From Tricharina praecox (Eukaryota), in contig NW_026250403.1 in the NCBI RefSeq assembly GCF_024521635.1, positions 1,178,001 through 1,242,000 of the forward strand: a stretch of 64,000 bases of DNA, in the 5' to 3' direction. The position numbers were made by a program, and so were the translations under genes. The notes under the pieces are model-generated. The model worked only from the letters and a program-made list of their open reading frames with translations. It was not told the origin of the DNA and searched no databases. Below are positions 1-11,634 of the stretch, in pieces. Position 1 is the stretch's first letter. Each line of letters starts with the position of its first letter.

Positions 1-1459
1 ATCAGTTTGCTGAGGGCAAACTCGGAGCTGCCGATACTGTTCACCGTGCGGACGGTTAGCCAAGGAGGGAAATTCCCGGATGAGATGGCTGTGGAGGCCC
101 TGGAGCTGCTACAGCTAGCTGTGGAGGCTGGGTGCGACTATGTCGATGTCGAGACGAGCTGGCCGGTAGAGGCCGTCGATAAGCTGCGGCAGAACAAGGC
201 GGATACAATCCTCGTGGCGAGTTGGACGGACCCCACCGGGGCCATCAGGTTGGAGGATGCAGTCCTGCAGGAGAAATACATCCAGGCGGAGAAGATTGGA
301 GGTACGTAAAACACTTGTATTCCACCGAGCTTTATACAGTACTAATGAACGATCAGACATAGTGATGCTCAGCATCCTAGCCACAACCGAATACGACTCC
401 CACGAGCTGGCACTATTCCTCCGCGACCACCGACAAAAGCACCACAAGCCACTGATCGCCATGGGATTGGGCACGCACGGGCAACTCTCACGAGTAGTCA
501 GCCCAGTCTCATTCATTACGCACGCGCTCCTTCCGGGCGCCGGCGCCCCGGGGCAGATGAGTCTCGCGCAGATCCAGCAGAGCATGCACCTTCTGGGGCA
601 GCTGCCGGCACGGAATTTTTTCATATTCGGCAACAACATAGCGCACTCGCTTTCACCAACACTTCACAACACGGCCTTCACGGAGCTGGGGCTTCCGCAC
701 CACTACAGCATCCACGAGACCTTCGCCGTGGACGAGGGCGTGCGCGAGATCATGAGCCGCCCGGACTTCGGCGGTGCATCCGTCACCTTCCCGCACAAGC
801 TGCAGATCGGCCAGTTCCTGCAGACCGAGTCAGCCGTTGCGCGTCTCATCGGCGCGGTCAACACCGTGCTGGTGCGCACGGGGAAAGACGGGTCCCGCCA
901 GCTCGTCGGCGACAACACCGACTGGCTGGGGATCAAGTCCTGCATCGAGGTGAACTGGCCGGACGGTGGAACGGTCACCGCGCGCGCCGCAATCGTGATC
1001 GGCGCTGGCGGCGCCTCCCGCGCTGCGTGCTACGCCGTCCAACAACTCGGCGTAAAGACGCTCTACATGATCAACCGCACGCGCGCCAAGGCCGAAGCGC
1101 TGGCGGAGGACTTCCCCGCGCTCACGTTCGTGCACTACAGCAGCTTTGCGGAGTTCCCTGCGGCGGGCGCGGACCCCGCACCGAGTATCATTGTTGGCTG
1201 TGTTCCCGCCGATGACTTCGTCGAGGAGGATATTCCGTCCGCGATGTTTGCCGCGGTCGAGAACGGCGTGCTGGTCGAAATGGCGTATCGCCCCCTGGAA
1301 ACGGCCCTGATGAAACGGGGAAAGAGGTTCAACGGGTGGAAGATCACCCGTGGCGTCGATGTCCTCAAGGAACAGGCTTATCATCAGTTCCACATGTGGA
1401 CCGGACGTAGGGCACCCAAGAGGGTTATGGCGCAGGCGGTGGATGCGAAGGTTGGATAA
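1..1459 (+). CDS. AROM-like protein, 3' part (type I 3-dehydroquinase-like domain + shikimate dehydrogenase domain); 5' end outside window; intron 302-356
   Basis: DHQase-I motifs LPILFTVRT..QGG, DYVDVE, IAMG..GQLSR, APGQ are followed by SDH motifs HSLSP, GASVTFPHK, GAVNT, GDNTDW, GAGGAS, NRT. The intron GTACGT..CTAAT..CAG joins ORFs 7-309 and 257-1459 in frame (EKIG-DIVML). Confidence 0.88.
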
Positions 1460-2997
1460 CTAAGCTTTAGATAGAGGGATCACGTGTGTATTTGTATATA
1501 TGTAGCTCTGCGGCCGGAAATCAAGCTCGTCGTTGAATTCATCACGTTACGTGTGTGGTCGTGGTTGTGGAGTATGTATGTGGCGTAGCGGGGTTGACAG
1601 GCGGGAAGTTCTTAGCGCCCGCTGTACCGGGGGATGCGCAGCCCGGAGTTGAGTAGATCCACCACTAAGAAGCAGCGTTGCTCCGAAGAAGGCCGCCAGG
1701 CCGCACAGCCGTTGCCTACCAATTCACCAGCCTTTTCTTTACACATGTCTATAACGTAGCCTCGTAGCCTCACTATATTCTCCATCTAATTAACCACGAT
1801 CGAGTGTTCTGGATGAATCATGGATGGATGGCTATTGACCGTTTGTTTGAGATGCCGTCGATGCATGCAGCGATGGCATCAACTAGTGTAAAAACAGTGC
1901 TGCCGTCTTCAGCCGTTTTGACGATGTTGCCACCCCAAGGGATGCGTAACCTACGAGCGATGGGAGATGGGAGATGGTCATCGCTACTTAGGCATCAGAT
2001 GCATCGTTTCACTACATGGAACCGTGGATTTGGTTCGTCATTCGTGTGTGCGAGTGATATCTTGTGCCTACATGTAATAGCGTCGTCCTTCCGTGCAGTC
2101 ATTTACGGAACTACATCCAGTAAACGACATGATGTACATACCGACTGGTCATTTCATAATTGCAAGACATCGTCAGCCCGAGGAAACGGATTTTCTCTAC
2201 CTACTCTGCGGTATCGTACCTTATGTACTCTACGCACTTTTCGACTTGATGATAGAGTTAGCTTTCGTTCTCAGGAGCTATGTACCGGTACTCTACAGCC
2301 GGATACCCGCTGCCTATCTTTACAGAGAGCTTGAAGCTAGGTAGACAGTCGAGCTTTCCGTGGAGGACCAATCTCGAGCACGACAAGGAAATGTCCAGGA
2401 AAGACCAAACCGAATGCTGCTAACGTAACTGCCCCGCGTCCCCAGCTTACCCACAGCTTCCGTTTGTACGACCGGCGATCGGCGGCGCCGGGAACAAAGT
2501 TAATCCTTCACGCTCCTTGCCACTTGGATAGCCGTGGGTAGGATTTCATTGACGGAGTGTGTTCTCGCGCTCGGATTGGCCTGCCGGGCGTGGCGTGGCG
2601 GGGTGATGGGTAGTGGGTGGTGGTATCGATTATCCCTAGCGTCTCACTGTCTCCATCTACACACTCTACCCCGCATTACGCACACGCCAAACTCGGATAA
2701 TATTTTTCGCAGCCAGCGTGGGATCCACCACTGAGGTGGGAGCCTCTGCGAGATTCTGCGAGGTTACACCGGGGTTTTGACGGAGAAACATCATCGCGAC
2801 ACTTAGGTGAGGTGCTGACGAAGAAGCCCTTCAAATACCCTGAGTCTGATAACTAGTAGCGTTCTCGGCCTTTTCTGATCGAACTACTTCCTATACGAAC
2901 CGCAGTACTCATACACATACCAAATACCAAGCACTTACGCACGCATTCCCTTCCACACTTCGGACAAAAAAAAGCATCGAACGAACGAACGAACACA

Positions 2998-3996
2998 ATG
3001 GCCCCGAGCACCACGAACACCGTTGGCGGCGATGACATCCTCACCAGCTCGTACGAGCACGGCACATCGATGCTCCCGCTCGGCGTCCTGACCAAACCTT
3101 TGAAGACCTACCTCTTCGGCAACCCGATCTCGCACTCGATGGCGCCGCTTCTGCACAACACACTCTTCGAGGAGCACGGGGTGCCATGGAACTACAGTCT
3201 CTTCGAGTCACTCGACGACGCGGCATTCCTGCAGCTCCTCAAAGCCGACAACTGCATCGGCAGCGCAGTGACGATGCCGCACAAGATCAACTTCATGAGC
3301 CACGTCGACCACCTGACGGAAGAGGGGCGAATCATCGGCTCGATCAACACGGTGTTCATCCGGCTGGACGCGGCGGGGAACAAGCGGTACATCGGCACGA
3401 ACACGGACTGCATCGGCGTGCGCGAGGCGTTCCTGCAAAACATTCCGGGGGTCCTCGAGATGAGCCGCGGGAAGCCCGCGCTCGTCATTGGTGGCGGCGG
3501 CGCCTGCAGATCCTCTGTCTATGCCGTCTGGAAGTGGCTCGGCGCGTCAAAGGTCTACCTCATCAACCGCGTGCGCTCGGAGGTCGACGAGGTCATTGCC
3601 GCGTTCAAGGCCGCGGGGTTCATGGGCGAGCTGCTGTGGATCGGCAGTGTGGAGGAGGCGAAGGCGCTCGAGACCCCCGGGTGCATCGTCGGGACTATTC
3701 CCGACTACCCGCCAAAGGCTGAGGGAGAGCTGGTGTGCCGCGCTATCGCGGAGGAGTTCTTGGGTAGGCCCGAAAAGGGCGCGATGCTCGAGATGTGCTA
3801 CCACCCCAAGCCAGTCACGGCGCTGTACAGGCTAGCGGAGGAGGCAGGGTGGAAGTTGGTTGGTGGTACCGAGGCGATGGTGCACCAGGGCATTGCGCAG
3901 CAGATCCTGTGGAAGGAGAGCCCGCTCGAGGACTTCAGGCTGGAGAGGGCACAGAAGGTCGTGCAGGCGGAGTTGGAGACTAGGTGGACACACTAG
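2998..3996 (+). CDS. Quinate/shikimate 5-dehydrogenase (QutB/Qa-3-like), 332 aa, intronless
   Basis: Motifs FGNPISHSMAP, GSAVTMPHK, GSINTV, GTNTDC, GGGGAC, NR, EMCYHP. Confidence 0.9.
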   Translation: MAPSTTNTVGGDDILTSSYEHGTSMLPLGVLTKPLKTYLFGNPISHSMAPLLHNTLFEEHGVPWNYSLFESLDDAAFLQLLKADNCIGSAVTMPHKINFMSHVDHLTEEGRIIGSINTVFIRLDAAGNKRYIGTNTDCIGVREAFLQNIPGVLEMSRGKPALVIGGGGACRSSVYAVWKWLGASKVYLINRVRSEVDEVIAAFKAAGFMGELLWIGSVEEAKALETPGCIVGTIPDYPPKAEGELVCRAIAEEFLGRPEKGAMLEMCYHPKPVTALYRLAEEAGWKLVGGTEAMVHQGIAQQILWKESPLEDFRLERAQKVVQAELETRWTH

Positions 3997-4822
3997 AGGA
4001 GGGTGGACGGGCGTTATGCGATGGTTTCTTTGTTTATATGTATCATTTCAGGGCTGTCTTCTATAAATATTGAACTGCTGGTTACTCAAACGTCTTGTCC
4101 GACCGCATAAACTTGGGCGACATGAGGCTGTAGTTATTTGATCGTAGCTGTGAAACGCGACTCCTGTCTTGATCCACAACCAGCAGAGATATCTGACGCT
4201 GAGCATAATACTCGGGACACATTGTTCATCCCCCACAAAGTCATGAGTACCAACCCCCACACAGATCCCGCTAGACTTGGTATATCCGCCGTGTCCAAAC
4301 CCAAGTCCCAGTCCCGCTGTGACCCAGTATCGAACCACATTTTCACCCCGCCTTGCAACGGAGGCTTTTGTCGCCGCAATCCCCACCACCCGAGCCGGCG
4401 GCCACGTACGCGGACTCCTCGCACCGTCGAAACCGAGGCGGCGGCAATTGCAAACCAGTGGTCTTCCTGTCTGCCTTGCTGAATGGGTAAACAAAGACCC
4501 GGAAGAGCGAGCTTTGTAGTATCCAACTGTCAACAGACACCGAGCCGCGCCGAACGTAACCCAAACGCGCAGTGAACGTGTGGCTTCGATGATCGTCTGC
4601 GGGGCTGTAACGGTGGGGTCGTCGGACGTCGGCTAAGACCTCCCTGCCGCTGGCAAATTGTTTTCCCGGCGCGCCGTACCGAGGAAGTGGTGGACACAAC
4701 GATCACGAATTTCGTGACGATACAAAACGAAGGGTGATGGCCTGCTGTAAATAGAAGGCATCATCAACGTCCTCTGACATTCCTACCGCAGAAACAATTC
4801 TTCAGCTTCATCATTCATCATC

Positions 4823-5581
4823 ATGCCTGATTTGCACTCCCTCCCCGCCGGCTCCCGCCCCGATAATGCGATCCGCAACAACGGACCCGACGACTTAGCG
4901 CTGGAGCGGTATAAGATCCGCGAGCTGGCCGAGGGCTGGCCGTGCTACCGGTAAGTAACCCGTCTCGCATCCACTCTCGGTAACGGCAACCAACTAACGT
5001 CCCGCAGCGACGCCTGCGAATGGGAGAACTTCAAGTCAATCTTCCACTACCCAGACGCATTCGTGTACACGACGTGGACCGGGCGGACACCTATCGCGGA
5101 CTTCATCGCGGCGTCGCAGGGCGGGATGGACCGTGGCGCATTCATCATGCACCGGATCCACGGGACGACGACGGACATCCAGGGCTCTCGGGCCGTGACG
5201 AAGATGAAGGCGACGATTACGCAGCGGTTCACGCTGGACGGCTGCGAGGTCGACGCTGAGAGCGACTGCAGGTTTTGCTTCCTGTTCGAGAAGCGCGAGG
5301 GCCGCTGGGGCGCCGTCTTCGTTCGCCACTGGTACGAGAAGGATAAGCTCATCCCGGTCGACCCGAGGAAGATCCCAAAGCTCGACGATGAGAAGCTTAA
5401 GGGCTTCCCGAAGGGATATAGGTACCTGGCCTACTGTCAGGAGGCTACAATGGGGAATATCAAGGTCAAGCTGGATATGCCTGGCCACCGGAACGAGGCG
5501 GATTCGGTCACCGGGAAGGCTCACGACAAGCTGTACTGGCAGGCGAAACAGTGGCTGGAGGGCGAGGAGGTTGATATTTAG
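4823..5581 (+). CDS. PEP2-like (pea pathogenicity protein 2-like) SnoaL/NTF2-fold protein; intron 4951-5007
   Basis: ATG 4823 ([43 protein letters not shown]); intron GTAAGT..CTAAC..CAG; then [53 protein letters not shown], a pattern I recall from fungal PEP2-like proteins. Confidence 0.8.
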
Positions 5582-6315
5582 AGCGCCGGATAGCTTGGGT
5601 TTTTCTTTTTGTTGTCGGTGAAAATTGCATGTATGTACTTGTTGGGATACCATCGGATTGAAACCAACGAACGGAACGGAAGACCTCGCGTGATATATAA
5701 CCCCACCACCATCAGTGATAACCCCACCATCAGCGGCGCCAGCATCAGCATGAGCATGAGCATGAGACATACTTCTTATCCATCCCACTTCGAAAAGCCC
5801 ATCCCATCCATAGGCATGGGCATCATCGGCATCACAGCCACGCACTCGCGCTACCACACCATGCCCGGTTCGGACGTTTGTTTGTTTATCTATCAGGCTT
5901 ATCTGTGTGCATATGTATGGAAATCACCCCAGATTGCCGACATATTGCGCGCACATCACCATGTAGAGTATGTAACTACTATTGTTCACTGCACACTGCA
6001 CAGCTGCACGCCGCATGCGGCCTCACCAACCACAGCACTTGTGCTCATGCAATTTCATGCAATGTGACGGCAGAACATTGATTGCGTGCGGAGTGGGCGG
6101 AGTAGAGTGCCGTGTTGTCAGGCAATCTGCGGAGCGGGGGGGAGAGGTCTGCGGGATGCCCCGGGTGGAATACGCACGAAGAGGTATATCTATCGAGCAC
6201 ACACCCATCTCCCGCCGACCCCCCCTCTTCCCCGCAAAATACCACCACACACCCACACCCACAGACACAGACACACACACGCACCCACGCACCCACGCAC
6301 TCACGCACACCCACG

Positions 6316-7473
6316 ATGGCCGCCGACATCCCCACCGAAATGCGGGCGCTCACGGTGCCGTTCCACGCGACGCCGGACAAGCTGGAAGTGTCCACGCTGG
6401 CGGTGCCATCGATATTCGCGGCGACAGACGTGCTGATCCGCGTGCACGCGGCCTCGATCAACCCCATCGACGTCAAGAAGGCCGCGGGAATGACCAAGCT
6501 GCTGGAGACAGTCAGCTTCCCGTTCGTGCTGGGCCAGGACGTTAGCGGCGTGATCGTCCAGCGCGGCGATGACGCAGGTGACTTCAATATCGGCGATGAA
6601 GTGTACTCGCCGCTGCTTAAAGGAGGTGAGCTCGCTCGCACTTACTTCCCCCGTGCGTAAGAGGTGGGCGCTGACGGATTGATTCCCCCCCCTCCAGCCG
6701 CAGCCGCAGACTACGTCGTCACGTCGTCCAAGCACCTATGCCGCAAGCCCGTAACGATCTCCCACAGCCTCGCCGCAGCACTGCCGACGGTAGCCACAAC
6801 AGCGCTGCAAGCGCTCGCTCGGGCGGCCTCCCTACAGCCCTCCGGCGACCTGACAGGAAAAACGGTGTTCATCCCCGGCGCGCTCAGCGGGACAGGGCAC
6901 ATCGCGCTGCAGCTCGCGAAGCGGGTGTTCAACGCAGGGCACGTGATAACGACCGCGTCGCCGGAAAAGATCGCGCGGATCCCCGAGCTGCTGGGCGAGG
7001 GGACGGTGGACCAGGTCATCGACTACACCACTCAGGACGTGCATAAGGAGATCGAACGGGGGTCGGTCGATTTCGTGTTTGATACCATGGGCGATGCGTT
7101 GAGTTATTTCTCGCTGGTCAGGCCGGAGACGGGTGTCGTGATCAGTCTGGCCACTATGCCGAGTGGTGAGCAGGCGCTGAAGGCGTACCCGGAAACGCCC
7201 TGGGCCGCGAAGGTTATGCTCAATCTGGTCGATGCGTGGTATCAGTGGAGGGCGAGGCGCTGGGCGGTGGGGACCTACGAGTTTTTCTTTCCGGATCCGG
7301 ACATCTACGCGAAGGATTTGGAGAAGGTGGCGTGGTGGGTAGGTGAGGGGAAGCTTAGGCCGGTGATTGGAAGGACGGCGAGGCTGGAGGATCTGGAGGG
7401 GGTTATTGCAGGGTGCACTGAGGTGAAAAGCGGGAAGGGCGGTACGGGGAAGTTTGTTATCGAGCTTGTTTAA
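6316..7473 (+). CDS. MDR-family (GroES-like/NAD(P)-binding) oxidoreductase, quinone-reductase/enoyl-reductase-like; intron 6626-6697
   Basis: VLIRVHAASINPID, LGQDVSG, GDEVYS, AAALP..TALQAL, FIPGALSGTG, VIDYTT, VFDTMG, GKFVI. The intron GTGAGC..CTGAC..CAG restores the frame. Confidence 0.88.
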
Positions 7474-7584
7474 TAGTGCGAGTGTTTTGTTATGTGGGGC
7501 ATAGCTGGCGTTTGTTTTCGGGCAGTTGCAATTTTACTCGACTTTATGTCTGATGCCGCATCGAACGAAAAACGAAAACTATTA

Positions 7585-7809
7585 CTTCACTCGGATATCG
7601 TGGTGAATGGTAAAAATGTGGGAGAGTAATCTGTACATACAGTTCAACCAATAGTTATACACAAGACCCAACTGATCCCACGATCCAGAAGCCCCAGCTT
7701 CACTCGGATATCGTGGTGAATAGTGACGACGTGGGGGATCAATCTATACATACAATTCGATTAATACAATACACAGGACGCAACTGATCCCACAATCCAG
7801 AATCCCCAC
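7585..7809. repeat. Imperfect ~113-bp tandem duplication (7585-7697 / 7698-7809)
   Basis: Both copies begin CTTCACTCGGATATCGTGGTGAAT and end AACTGATCCCAC(G/A)ATCCAGAA(G/T)CCCCA. Confidence 0.9.
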
Positions 7810-7816
7810 CTGGCAC

Positions 7817-9800
7817 CTACAGCCTCGACTTCACCCCGCTCACATGGTCCGTAATTGCCAGAGCCCGCCTTCTAAGCTCCTCGCCATGCTCCCCCAAATT
7901 CACATCATAGTTCCTCACCGTTTCGAGCATCCTATCATAAACCCTACCATCCCTCGCCGCCACCACACCGGGAAGCTCCCAATCATCGAACTCAAACGCA
8001 TCAGTAAGCGCCACTACATCAGCAATACTCAGTTTCTCGACTGCGGCCTCCTGGGCCTTCCGAATATCCTTCGCCTCCTGCGGCGTGGTAATGACGCCGG
8101 CCTCGAGAAGCTCGGGCAACGCCAGAACGAGCGTGCTGAGCGTGTGCAGCTCCGTCACGGGAGTCGCCGGCATCGAGGCGACAACAAACACATCGGCGTG
8201 AGCAGCCGCAAGACGGGCGGCCATCCAGCTGTGCGCGGTCCACGGAGCGCTGGGATCATTCGCCACAGTGGTAGCCAGATCCGCCAGGAGGTGAGCTGCG
8301 CGGGCGTGGAGGAGGCGGAGGTGTTTGTTTCCTGCCGAGGTATCAATGTTTTTGTCGAGAGCGAGGCGGATGTACGAGAAGCTTTCCGGAACGACAGCTC
8401 CGGGGTTCTTCTGCAGAAGGAACAGCGTTTTGACGAGCGACCGCGCAATCTGCTGCGAGATCACGTAGTTGTCGCCCTCGTATGTCTGCGACGGCGTGTT
8501 CGTGGCGAAAATGGCGCCGCCGCCAGACATGTGCGAGAAGCCGTGGCCGCCCATGGCTTTCCTGCTCTCCTCGAAGCCTTGGACACAGTCCCAGGTAGAC
8601 TTTACTTTCAGCGCGGAGGAGAGCGCGTGCACTTCTGGCAGCAGCGTGACGTCCTCCCGATCGACGAGGTCGCGGAGCATGCGGTGATAGAGTGTCTGTA
8701 GTTCTCGTCCAGCGAAAATGTAGGCATACGCACGGGCAAGTAGTGGGTATAACCGCATCTTCGTGGACGCGTAATCGAGCACCTGCAGCTCCACCTGTTT
8801 TCCCTGCTCCCCGCCGAATTGACGGCGATTGACACAGTAGCGGATAGCGATCGTCACCGCGCGCGCGAGGTTCCATCCCATAGCCGTGGGTATCCCCGCG
8901 CGCAACGCCACCATAGACCCATACGAGAGCTTATCGTGCTTTGCAGGGTGGTAAGTACCATCGACATCCACCTTTGCGAACCGCTGCAGCATATTTTCGC
9001 GTGGAATACGGATGGAGGTGAGGTGGAGGTAGCCGTTGTCCATGTATCCGAAGCCAGCGTAGGCCTTGGGGCCGATATCGCCGACCGTGACGCCCGGGAG
9101 CGGGAGATGCGTTTTCGGCGATCGGATGGGGACTATGAAGAGGTGGGGACCTTTGCGGCCCGACGGGAGCTCGAGAATCGCCTGAACGAGGGCGTGGTTC
9201 GCGAGCACTCCCATCCCGCCAACCCACCACTTCGTACTCTCCTTCCGGGGCATGAACACCTCGAACTCCTGCGTGGCGGGATCATATTTCGCGATGGTCT
9301 CGAGGCCCTGGACATTGCTCCCGTGCGCGAGCTCAGTCTGCGCGTAACACCCGAGAACTTCGTAGCTGTGGCATCGGGGAACCCAGAATTTCTTCTGAGC
9401 GTCGGTGCCTTGCGCTTCGATCACTGCGATGAATGCAGTCTCATGCAACTGGATGGGCAAAGGCTCATCGTGAAGGTAAATCGCGAACCGTAGTTCTTCC
9501 GACGTCCAACTGTTTTCGTTTCGTAGTTCCAGTAGACGCTTCGATATGGCGAGGGCGAGGAGGAGGTTCTCGGCGTGGTTATTGAAGGGGCTGCAATACT
9601 GTCAGCCCTACTCGACATTACGTCGGCACATGATGGTGTGCACACCGGCCAGTCTTCGATAATAAAGGGTCTTTAGCAAGCACTGGAAGTATCTTTGCGC
9701 GTAACGCCCGTTCTTGGGGAGTACGGAGGAGGGCAGTGATGGAAGCAGTCTCTAAGGCGGAGGACTGCCGAGCGAGCTGCAGATCGGTAGGTGTTGCCAT
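7817..9800 (-). CDS. POX1: Peroxisomal acyl-CoA oxidase; intron 9591-9645; C-terminal PTS1 (SRL)
   Basis: GCYAQTELAHGSNVQGLET, KWWVGG, GDIGPK, MDNG, AVTIAIRY..RRQF, GGHGFS, TYEGDN; ends VKSRL*. Spliced N-terminus MATPTDLQLAR..SKTGR|PFNNH. Confidence 0.93.
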
Positions 9801-10723
9801 TGCTTCGACGTTCGTTGGCCGTACGATGGTTAGAGGATGGGAACAGGACTTATATTAGCTGGGTCCGGATGGCACCTTCCCGCGGCCTTGAACTGAGTGA
9901 CCAGCTCATGGTACATGTAGTAGAGTTGATTGTGCAGGCAAGGTCAAGGGGACTCGGTTGAACGGCACCCCCGCCATGATGGAGAGAGTCCAGTGTAAAC
10001 GAAGTGTGGGGATGGCTGTTGGCGAGGCGAGAGGGCCGGCCCATGCGCGTCGCGGTCCTCGGCACGAGCTGAAGTGGTCAAGCGCAGAGCTTCGCGTTCG
10101 CATGTGAGACCAACGTCAGACTCGAAACAGTATGGAACATAAAAGACGACGATGATATTTCTCTTCTCTGTTGAGTTTGTGCGGTGCTTGTGAAGACAAT
10201 CAAACATAGCCTCTCACTGCAGCGGTAATTCGACTTGGATTCCGTCGCCTCCACGCCGTAGCTGGAGACTGCCATGATCCAATTTAAAGGTCGAACACAA
10301 TGATGATTAAACAAAAATTCGTGGCTAGACATCACAGTGTATCACTCGGTCCAGATTCTACTCTAGTCAAAAGTAACATTCAGTTTCTTTTCCTATTCTA
10401 AAAAATGCCTCTTTTGTACAGATGCTTAATCATGAAACAATAAAACTAGAAAATGCAAATAGAAAATAGAAATTGGGACGCCTATTACAGTTTGAACTGA
10501 CTAACATTTATGGACATTGGATGTACCTTTAGCCCAAAGCTCTGGACAACTCTCGTCTCCGCAGCTGTCACAGTATTCTACTTCACCATAATATCTCCTA
10601 GCCCCAACCCCCGTGTTGAAGCACAACATCTCACCTAACCCACCCTCGAGTTCGTCTCCCACCCCGCCCCCCTTCCACCCAGTAGTCGGGAAATCTTACC
10701 TAACGACACCAGCGACAGGCAAC

Positions 10724-11410
10724 ATGCCGAAAGCTAAACCCAAGAAGTCGAAGAAGGCCTCGGTGTCGAAGCCCTACGACAGCAGCACCGGCATCAGCAG
10801 AGGGCCTCTAACCCGCGCTCGCACTCGTGCAGCTCAGTTGGAGAAGGCCCACAAGAAGACTGGCATAACGATCGCAAGCAATCCCGCCCACCCCGTCCCA
10901 CCCCCTCCTCCCCGTACGACGTTCGAGAACATCCCCCTCGATTTGCACCTGTGCATCGCCGACCACCTCGATTCCTTTACGGACCTCGCCTCGCTGTCCG
11001 TGGTGAGCAGGAAGTTCTACCACCACTTCCAGGACGCCTTCTGGAAGTGTCTGTCCGAAACCGAGTTCGAGGAGCGTCGGGGTCGTTACATCTCGGCCGC
11101 CGAGTGGGCCGCCCAGATGGGGTACCCGAACACTCTGCGGCGCCTCTTGGATATTGCGGGCGAGGAAGCGTTCAAGATGCCGCCAAAGAGGGAGGATGGA
11201 AAGGTCTGTGGCCGCACAATGCTGGAGAGGGCGGTCGAGTCTGGTAATGATCGTTGTGTCGTGTTGATCATCGCCAGGAGCAGGGACTTTGACATTCCGG
11301 ATGAATATTTCACCTGGAGAGGTGCGTTCTATCTTGCCAAGAGCCACAAGATCTTTTCGCTGTTGGCGGAGGAGGCGTCTTCAAGATTGGCGATGCGTGG
11401 GTTTCGGTAA
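10724..11410 (+). CDS. F-box-like plus degenerate ankyrin-repeat protein with basic N-terminus
   Basis: FENIPLDLHLCIADHLDSFTDLASLSVVSRKFY (F-box-like); AAEWAAQMGYPNTLRRLLD and TMLERAVESGNDRCVVLII (ankyrin-like); ATG at 10724. Confidence 0.65.
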   Translation: MPKAKPKKSKKASVSKPYDSSTGISRGPLTRARTRAAQLEKAHKKTGITIASNPAHPVPPPPPRTTFENIPLDLHLCIADHLDSFTDLASLSVVSRKFYHHFQDAFWKCLSETEFEERRGRYISAAEWAAQMGYPNTLRRLLDIAGEEAFKMPPKREDGKVCGRTMLERAVESGNDRCVVLIIARSRDFDIPDEYFTWRGAFYLAKSHKIFSLLAEEASSRLAMRGFR

Positions 11411-11634
11411 TGGTTGGAGCATCGATCTAGGTACTTTGACCAGAAGTGGAAACTTCATGGATTTTCTCACGTGTTTCGGGAATGGGAAGTGTTAAGTGCA
11501 ATAATGCTTGCTACTTGCCTGATTAGATAGCTATAGAATCAATTCAGGGCGCTCAGCCATCTCAGGGAAAGCTCCGCTTTCTCCAGTACCTAGATTCCTA
11601 TACGTATGTCAATCGGCCATTCGAACTTCCTCTC

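Noticed and set aside
1804-2344. ORFs of 176 and 83 aa between the two dehydrogenase genes
   Set aside because: Non-ATG starts, no recognisable motif and no coding-like codon bias.
4485-4500. GGGTAAACAAAGACCC resembling the Neurospora QA-1F site consensus (GGRTAARYRYTTAYCC as I recall it)
   Set aside because: Three mismatches in one half-site and no comparable site before the other cluster genes, so it cannot be told from chance.
7844-9493. Long + strand ORFs opposite the acyl-CoA oxidase (similar antisense ORFs over the AA9, CNS1 and other genes)
   Set aside because: Antisense shadows caused by high GC3 codon bias of the real genes.
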